DNA of 61,342 nucleotides, counting the filler, from Sphacelaria rigidula (taxonomy: Eukaryota), in the NCBI GenBank assembly GCA_964200075.2. It is 7 parts of 7 records of this genome, joined end to end, with 100 filler letters (N's around TTAATTAATTAA, not from the genome) between each part and the next. Parts side by side here need not be neighbours in the genome. Positions count along the whole stretch, not along the records: positions 52,666 to 61,342 come from CAXNAA020010412.1; 6 more parts are not named here. One strand, 5' to 3'. The position numbers and the translations under genes are program-made. The notes under the pieces were generated by a model. That model made no database searches and had not been told where the DNA came from. It saw only the letters and a program-made list of their open reading frames with translations. Shown here piece after piece: positions 53,238-61,342 of the stretch (position 1 is its first letter; each line of letters begins with the position of its first letter).

Positions 53238-53425
53238 ATGAGTGCCTCCCCCCCCCCCATCTCCTCCTCCGTCTCGAAAGGGATGCGTGGTCAACGGTCA
53301 AATGACTAAGGCAAGCAACAAATGAGTACGCCCCCATCTCCCCCGGCCCGTCTCGAAAGGGATGCGTGGTCAATGGTCAAACGACCAAGGCAAGCAGCAG
53401 ATGAGAACGCCCCCCCCCCACCCCC
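53238..53425. repeat. ~80 bp tandem repeat, ~2.3 copies
   Basis: ccgtctcgaaagggatgcgtggtcaa.ggtcaaa.gac.aaggcaagca repeated. Confidence 0.8.
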
Positions 53426-54733
53426 CCACCTCGCTCTATCTTCCGCGATCTCGGCTGCTGCTAGGTGTTGGGCCCGGCTCGTATCCCTTCGGCTCTGCAG
53501 GGCTAGATCTCCTCATACTGGGTCTTCTGCGTCCACTACTTGCGGTCGTCCAATGCTGCACGTTGAACGCTGTGCTGAGGCGGACCCCTCGCGAGCAAAT
53601 AGTACAAGATTCGGCCAGCCGTGTTTCCTCCTCCACAGGTGAGGTGGATCGGTTCTAGACTTTTCCGTGCGCTGTACAGGTGCAAGCTAATTCACGCTCA
53701 TCACTCAAGATTTACTCGTCCAGCAAATGTTCACACCCATCTCTGGAGTTAGATATTGGTAATTTGCACACTTGCACACATGTGCTATGGAACAATACAA
53801 AAAAATTACTTCGATAGGATCTTTCCATGTTTTCCCCCAGTTACCGGGGGTCCCAGCGTTTTTTTTTTTTATTGGCGGGCGGGGGGGGGGGGGGGGCGGG
53901 GGGCCCTTTTTGAGCCCACCAACTCGCGAACCCGTAAAAACCGGGGGGGCCCCCCCTTAAAAACATNNNNNNNNNNTCTTCCCCCCCCGAGCATTGTTTT
54001 TTTCCGTGTTGTGGGGGGGGTGTGTGGGGGGCGCCAAATGCGTGCCCTTTTGGAACCCAACAACTTGCGAACCCTGAAAAATCGGGAGGCCCCATCCTTA
54101 CAAATATGCCTATTTTATGTTTTATACTGTGTGTGTGCAAATTCTGAGAGTCAACCTCCAAGAATCGGCGTTAAGATTTGCGCTTCTATGCGACAAAGTG
54201 AGCGTGAGAGGTACAAATTCCCCAACTGCTTGACGTGAAATGGGACAAAACTGCGTCAGGTCTTGGACGTTCGCAACGAACGTTTGCCCAAATATTCCTT
54301 GGACTACCTCGGGACGCGCCGTATTATTCTTTTTTTCTTAGCGATGCATTCTGCAACGGCTTCCGGGAGTCTTCAGATCTGGACCCCCGGAAGCTGTTTA
54401 AGAGCGGACCAACCGGTCTGAAGAAATTCTAAAAACAATGGATTTATAAGACAGACCAACGAGCGGCAGACGATACTTATCCAACCCGGGACGGCGGGTG
54501 TGTGTAATATGTATCTTCTCACTCGGTGTAAGGGAACGGAGCGTGTAGAGACGCGACATGGACTTGAACAGGACGGGCTACTACCATGGGCGAACGATGA
54601 CCATGAAGTAAATGAGTGGCGGTACGTCACGGGTTACAATGAGTAAGAGCGAATAATGGTCATAAAAAAACATCGTGCAGGTGAATGAACCTGCCTGCCC
54701 CAGCTCACCTACTCCCACCCGTGGCAGTACATA

Positions 54734-55185
54734 CAGTGGGGGGCTCTCAGTAGTGCCGGTGTGTGCCTGCCACGGACACTGGCACTAGTCAGAGAGCCCG
54801 GCACTACTCTGAAAAGTGCCAACACAGGTGCAATTTAGGGCTCTGAATACCTCTGTAGTGCCTCCCGCCACATGTCCGCTGGCAACCGTGGCCATGACGG
54901 CCTTCTGGCGTCGTGGCCTACACCAGGCACAGTTCACCTTCCGCACAAGGCATGTTGTGTCCCTACGTTGCAAGGTCTGCACCAGCACGTACCCTGCTGT
55001 ACCCCTACTGGTGCTTGGTTGGTGGGGGGTAAGGCATGCGTGAGTGTGTCCGAAACCGGCACTGTTGAGGGTACAAAACCGTTCAAACCGGCACTACTGC
55101 GAGCTCTGGCTGTGCCCGGAGATTTTACCGGCGTTATACAGGTCGTTGGCACTATTCAACCGGCACTACTGAGAGCCCCCCACTG
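54734..55185. mobile_element. 452-bp MITE with perfect ~27-bp TIRs (Tc1/mariner-like ends)
   Basis: CAGTGGGGGGCTCTCAGTAGTGCCGGT ... ACCGGCACTACTGAGAGCCCCCCACTG; TA on the left flank; internal (cc)ggcact repeats. Confidence 0.8.
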
Positions 55186-55379
55186 AACTTGATACCTCTC
55201 AACCCCGCTGATATCACTTTCAGTACAGAGCGGTACTCATCATCATTGAGTAATCGAGTAGACGGGTAGTCGGGTAGGTATTATAAAATAAGCGATTCTA
55301 GTGGCCGCACATGTGGCTCCTCCATGGGAGAGTGAGCGGTGGTACATGGGGTCCGGGCTCGGATACTCTACCCAACTTC

Positions 55380-55780
55380 GTGTAGAATGGGTATGGCCTC
55401 AATTATTCTACTCAATTTTTGGGTAGGTTATGACCTCAAATACTCTACTCAAATCTTGAGTAGGCCGAGTACGGCTTCAAATACGCTACTAAAATTTTGA
55501 GCAGATTGAGTACGGCCTCAAATACTCTACTCAATATTTGAGTAGGTCGAGTGCGGCTTCAAATACTCTACTCAAATATTGAGTAAGCACTCTCAGTTAT
55601 ACTTGAGTGTAGACTATCACTTGGGTATGACCTTAATACTCTATTGAAATTTTGAGTAGGTTGAATACGGCCCGAAACACTCCACTCAAAATTTGAGTAC
55701 CAATACTCATCAGTTTCGTCGAGTCATATTTTTGGTACTCAAATTTCGAGTAGAGTGGCTATACTCTACTCGACCTGCCC
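55380..55780. repeat. ~39 bp minisatellite of palindromic units
   Basis: gagtacggcctcaaatactctactcaa.atttgagtagg repeated with variation. Confidence 0.8.
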
Positions 55781-58090
55781 TTAATAACTTCACGTAAATT
55801 ACAGTATAAAAATGTGTGATGTGCTGCTCGCCTTTTTCTCATGTGTGACTACTGTACAAAACTGCTGTCTGTACCGTGCTCTACAGTGCAATAGTGTGTA
55901 GTATTCTGTCGTCTGCGGCTCAATACAGCGTGCACTGGGAACATAAAACTAGATGCCCTGTTGATGCCGACATGATTGGAGACATATCGATTTGCGGGGC
56001 GATGTGGCGAAGCCAAATCCACAGTGCTGGCAAGTACGGTTGTGCGCTTGTCCCCATCTCTCCTGTGGTCCCGCAGGGGCGCAACGGTTACGCCAGCATG
56101 GTTTTGTACAAGGATTATGCGGCGTTACTGCAGCTGGTGTATCTCTCGAAGGTTGGCCGGTGCCATTTTCGACTTTTGCACTTTATTTTCTTTGTTGTGA
56201 ATTCCTCGACCGCCGCTGCAGGCACCAACGTGAAACTTGGTGCACCAGTCGGGCACACCACAGCCAGTGTATGTACCGAAGCACAGCCCCTTTCCTTCCC
56301 CGAGGAAATTAAATGAAGCGAAATCCGATAATGGGCAATACCGTCTGTATGCCCTCAAATCGGCCATCTCGCGTGGCCCGAGATTCTGTGCACCGTGAGT
56401 GAAAGCATGTGTGGACAGGGTAGCGCACTCACTTCCGCACCATGACGACCTGGCAGGCTGCAGTTCTCGCAAACAAACATACATCAGTTCTGGCGCCGCC
56501 TGTGGATGATGACAAACTGTAGAAAAACCATTCCGGGTTCGACTGCAGAGAAGCTCACATCAGGAGGCACAGTCGTGCGCGCGCTGTCGCCGCTATGTGC
56601 TGAAACCTCGCCAACATCTCATGTAGACCACAGTCAACAAGTTCATGCGTCCAGAGCTGGGGTTGGGCGTTGCAACAGTGTGCGAGGGGATGAAAAGAGC
56701 CTATCTTCTGTTCCGAAATACTTGTTTTTTTTTATTATCGTGCAATACTGGAAAAATCCCCGCCTCAGCCGAATTTCAGGAATTTTTGGCTGAATTTGCA
56801 CCGGAATCTCCTGCACAAAAGTACGCACAACTACACGAGGAGTGCCGATATATTTTTACTTATTTTCACGGAGCTACAGCATTTTTCCAGTCTTGACAGA
56901 AACTTGAAATAACTCTAACTTTTTGCTTTTCTCGTTTTTCCGTTGCATCCCACGGAATGTCGTGCGCATTGATGATCCAAATGTCGTGTCAAAATTTCAG
57001 CGCCCAACTTCTCGGATTACCTACAGCCGGGTCCGGAAACATCAAAAGTTCACTGTCAGCTAGCCCAGCTCGTTGCACCGAGTTTTTACACACACTTTTT
57101 GTCGAGAAGCAAAGAGTTGGGGCCTAACGAAGGTACAACTATTGCTTCAAAGAGACGGGTGACCTTTCCAAGAGTTATCGAAAACGCGACAATCCCGAGG
57201 ACATCTATCGGCGAGCCATTCGCTGCTCGAAAGGAAATAGCCGATAGTGGAACAGGTGACAGGTATTCCCGTGAATGGGGCCCGAGTTTGGGAACTATAT
57301 ATCGGGAAAATCGACAGGCCAGTTACACAGTCAATTGGATTTAGAAGAAATGAATACTAAATGATCCAATCAGTATCGATCACTCGAAGTAACGACGACG
57401 CTCGTACAAGATTTACTATATTTACAATACACTCTACAACAAACCTATGACTGACGTTGCTGTACACGTGTACACAGGGTTACAACACCAGGAGGATAGA
57501 AGCTGCTGCTCGTGTTATTGTTGTGCCCCTCTTGTTGCAGGATGTTATTGTGCCCATCTTTCAACGCCAATTCTCGGCAACGAAGCAAAGGAATGGACTG
57601 TGGTTTGATTCGTGCGCTTCCCACACACCAAAAACTATTCCGTGTGGCCGCGGATTTCTGTAACGCGTGCCGCGGAGGCCGTAGCACTTTGTAAACCGCC
57701 AAAATGTACTCAAAAACGCGTTTCCTTGAACGTTCTGGGGCTTTTCGGATTCGCTGTGGCGAATTGAGCAACTCCGCCGCCACACTGAATAGGTCTAGTG
57801 TGTGTGCCGGGGGCTATGAAGTGCCATAGGCCGGTTTGCTCCCTGTCTCGAGAAATACACGATGAAAAAATTAGAGCTCTCGCAGACTAAACCTAGGTAG
57901 CTTAGGATGGAGCTTGTGTTATGTTCGGCAGAGATTCGGCACAGATCTGACCAGTCTATGGCGTCTTCAATACGTCTTCAATATCCCTCCGCGTCCATTT
58001 TCTTTTTTGTTAACCACGGAGTTTTGGTCGGTAAGGCCTTCATTCACGGGCATAACAGGAGCAGTTTGTGCAAGGTGGGGGGTGACTTAA

Positions 58091-58334
58091 CCCTTTCGGA
58101 ACCGTTGATGGAAGAGTGACGATTTACAACTGACGCTCTCTTGGGCAAGATGTGGTTACTTTTCAGCAAGTGTTGATAATGCAGCTCACCAGAACATTGC
58201 ACCACTCTCTAAGTTCTAGTGTACTAACGTCATCGGTTGGTGCACCGAACTCGAAGTGACGTTTCCCCGGTGACGAAATGCTCGCGTATGGGAGTTTGTA
58301 AATCGTCACTCTTCCATCAACAATTCCAAAGGGG
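58091..58334. mobile_element. ~245 bp piggyBac-like MITE
   Basis: TTAA|CCCTTTCGGAACCGTTGATGGAAGAGTGACG ... CGTCACTCTTCCATCAACAATTCCAAAGGGG. Confidence 0.8.
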
Positions 58335-58603
58335 TTATAATGAGCCACGCAGCAGAACAACCAGAGCAGTCGGTCGCGGTATCTACTGTGATGATTTGAC
58401 TGATAGATCCTGAGATGCGGACGTGTCTCGAGGAATACGCAAGTGGCAAAGGTCCACGCTACTCGTATGTACTCAGCGAGTATTTGTATCAAGGTGTGCG
58501 CGTGTCATCTTGATTGACAGGACCGGGCGCTGAAGGTGGCCGATCAGACTCGTCAGTCATGCGCGTGACGGACGGGGCTACAAAACCAGCTTTTAACTTT
58601 TCC

Positions 58604-59264
58604 CGAGTCAGTCGTGAGAGGGTGACATGACTTGTCCGTAAGATCGACTGAAATACCGGAGCCGACTGTCGATACAATTATATACCGTAACACGTATCGG
58701 ACAGTTGCACACAGTGACAAGATACAGACGAAAGACGGGATTTACGCCGCCTGTCGTCCCTACTAGGCTACTAATTTGCAACTAAGGGAAGTAGACCCTA
58801 CCAGAGATGGCGGCCTCCTGGCTGAGCTCCCTCGTTCGCTGTCGGCTTCCTCGTCGGCAAGAGTGGGTCGCTGTGGCCTTTGCAGCAGCCGCCTGAGCTC
58901 CGGCAGTCACTACGCCTCTCCGGAAAAAAAGTCTGAAACAGGAAAGAAGGTGAAGGCGGACAAGGCCGCAGCTAAAGCGAAAGCTCAGACAGCTGCTGCA
59001 AAGACCGCGGCAACCCACTTTCCCGACGAGGACGCCGACAGCGAATGAGGGAGCCCAGCCAGGAGGCCGTCATCTCTGGTAGGGTCTACTTCCCTTAGTA
59101 GGCTTGTAGGGACGTCAGGCAGCGTAAATCACGTCTTTCGTCTGTATCTCGTCATTGTGTGCCAACTGTCTGAAACGTGTCACGGTATTATTGTACCGAC
59201 GGTCGGCTCCGGTATTTCAGTCGATCTTACGGAAAAGTCATGTCACCCTGTCACACCTGACTCG
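58604..59264. repeat. Long inverted repeat, ~290 bp arms, ~82 nt loop
   Basis: 58604-58899 is the reverse complement of 58982-59264, with scattered mismatches and a small indel. Confidence 0.9.
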
Positions 59265-59790
59265 TCTCATGTATCATCAGTGACTACTGTAACACCGGCT
59301 GTTCCGTCGCAATGTCGAAGTCCCGAGATGGACGGTAATCTGGGAGAGATGGCCATCTTTATGGACGCCAATCTAGGACAGACCTACTAGGGGCAGACGT
59401 GACTTATCCAACCCGGGACGGCGGGTGCGTATAGGTCGTAGCTCCTCGCTCGGTGTAAGGGAACAGAGCGTGTAGAGACGAGACGTGGATTTGACCAGGA
59501 CGGGCTTTGAGAGTTTGATCACGAAGTAACCGGGTGGGCAGCACCTGGACAGGGTGCCTCCCAGACGGGAGTATGACTATCCCAGACTGGGGATTGGAGG
59601 ATGACCGTCCTAGGGTGACAGGCGCGGGATGACGGTCCGGGTCGACGGTCCGGGTCGACGTGCCCGGGTTCATGAAGCGGGTCGGGTCATACAGAGGTCA
59701 TAATCACACATCTTACTCTTTGAAACACCAGTACCTACCGAGCTGGAAAGTTTGAGGTCGGCATGAGCTGTTGTACGATCGATGGCTTAA

Positions 59791-60035
59791 CCCTTTTGGA
59801 ACCGTTGATGGAAAAGTGACGATGTACAAACTCCCCTATGCGAGCTTTCGTCACCGGGAAAACGTCACTTCGAGTTCGGTGCACTCCTCTGTCACATGAA
59901 TATACTTGAACTTGGAGAGTGATGCACTCGTTTTGGTGGACTGCATCGTCAACACTTGCAGAAAAAAAAAGCATATCTTGCCCGAGAAAACGTTAATTGA
60001 AAACCGTCACTTTTCCATCAACAGTTCCGAAAGGG
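59791..60035. mobile_element. 245 bp piggyBac-like MITE (inverted relative to 58091 copy; partial copy ~50985-51183)
   Basis: TTAA on both sides; ~32 bp TIR CCCTTTTGGAACCGTTGATGGAAAAGTGACG. Confidence 0.85.
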
Positions 60036-61342
60036 TTAATGTGTCTTGGGTGCACATTACCAGAGGAAATCCTACGACGCCATAACCCCCATTTCACCGA
60101 AATCCCACAGTTTTCGGTGTAGTTTGACCCCATCGCGACTGTTTTCAAAGATGTTTTTTTTCCATGAAATTTCCGAGCTGATGGCGGTTGCTACGATTTC
60201 AAGCATGTGGAGATGGAGAAAAAATTGGGTCGAGACTTCGTGCTTTTAGTTGAAGAACAACTATGAATGCCGCTGATCGGTCGTCGTACATTTTCACCCT
60301 TAGCGCCACCGCTGTGGCCTTGAACAAAAATCCGGCCATGTCATCCTGATTGGTTGGGTTGTCCATTACAGTCACTATCATACGATGTATGCGATGATTC
60401 TGTAGGGTGTCGCGGAAGGCATTCGCTGATCCGTGAACTGTGGGTAATGGGCGTCAGCCCTTTTCGAACCCACTGACAATTCCTGTTTTTGTGAATCGGC
60501 ATCATTCTCAGTCATTCTCAAGTCAAAATGATGGCGATCCACAAAAACAAGAATCGTCAGTGGGTTTCAAAGGGTTAACCAGCTCGTACGTAACGTGACA
60601 TACACATGACAATTATATGCCGCGCGTGCCACAGAATAATCAGATCCGGACGCTAAACACGAACCATCCCCCATGAATCACCACCCCATCCCCGCCCCGG
60701 TACAGAAAATTGAGGAGATGTGAAAGTAGTGCCGACGAACCATTGTTCAAATTACAGTCTCACGGTGAAGGGGAGTTCTTGAAGTCGCAGTAGAGTATGA
60801 CCTGTGCAAGACCCTCACGCACGCACGTATGTGCGCAAACTAAATTATCGCTGTGACGTGAAATAGTCCCCCCCTGCCCCCACTGAGGGTTGGCGTTGGT
60901 TAACAACGACGCCGCAAAATACGCCACTTACTGCGTAAGCTGTGCAACCAGGTTACCGTTTTTGTCGCGTGCATAATTCTTGCGGTAGCCATGATGATGA
61001 TGGTGGAGCTAGACCATATTGTGCGGCGTGGAGAACCCGAACTCCGCGCACAACAGGGATGGTCGTGCTACGTACGAGTGGCGTTTATATGGTGACAGCC
61101 ATGAGGCAGTGTAGAAGCCGTGGTGTTTGTCTCTGGAAGTGGCGATACCAGAAAATAAAGCAACTCATTGTAGGCTGTCATTCATATGCAAGATAACTAG
61201 TAGGCTTCGGGCGGAACAATCTTAGCAGGATGCAGCTCACCCTTCATGCGATTCGTCGAACAGATCACGGCGCTTCGCGCTTGGTGATTGAGTGCAAGGC
61301 TGTTCCGGCGAAAACCCGGCATGCTCCGTCCCGGTATTGTAG

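Noticed and set aside
55380-55780. CRISPR-like array
   Set aside because: Units are contiguous and degenerate with no unique spacers; eukaryotic context and no cas genes.

Overview
Eukaryotic, repeat-rich genomic DNA. It is most consistent with a brown alga (Phaeophyceae); this is inferred from long TE-filled GT-AG introns, TTAGGG repeats and repeat style, not proven. The window is not one locus. It is seven contigs of 8678/8677 bp joined by identical 100-nt N44-TTAATTAATTAA-N44 spacers, so adjacency across spacers carries no meaning. Host genes seen: three 5' exons of an atypical Hsp70 (HSPA14/Ssz1-like), head-to-head with an acidic C3HC4 RING-finger gene, and the first two exons of a catalase. 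Mobile DNA includes a Gypsy integrase/chromodomain fragment with its LTR start, LINE fragments, a tRNA-derived SINE family, many TTAA-targeting piggyBac-like MITEs, a hAT-type MITE with an 8-bp TSD, a Tc1-like MITE and several 200-300 bp-arm foldbacks. The most interesting signal is a repeated element, at least 5 kb long, present in two separate contigs. Its decayed ORF reconstructs to a FEN1/XPG/XRN-superfamily PIN-fold nuclease fused to a C-terminal CXC cysteine cluster, with no recognisable transposase. It is a candidate unclassified mobile element family.
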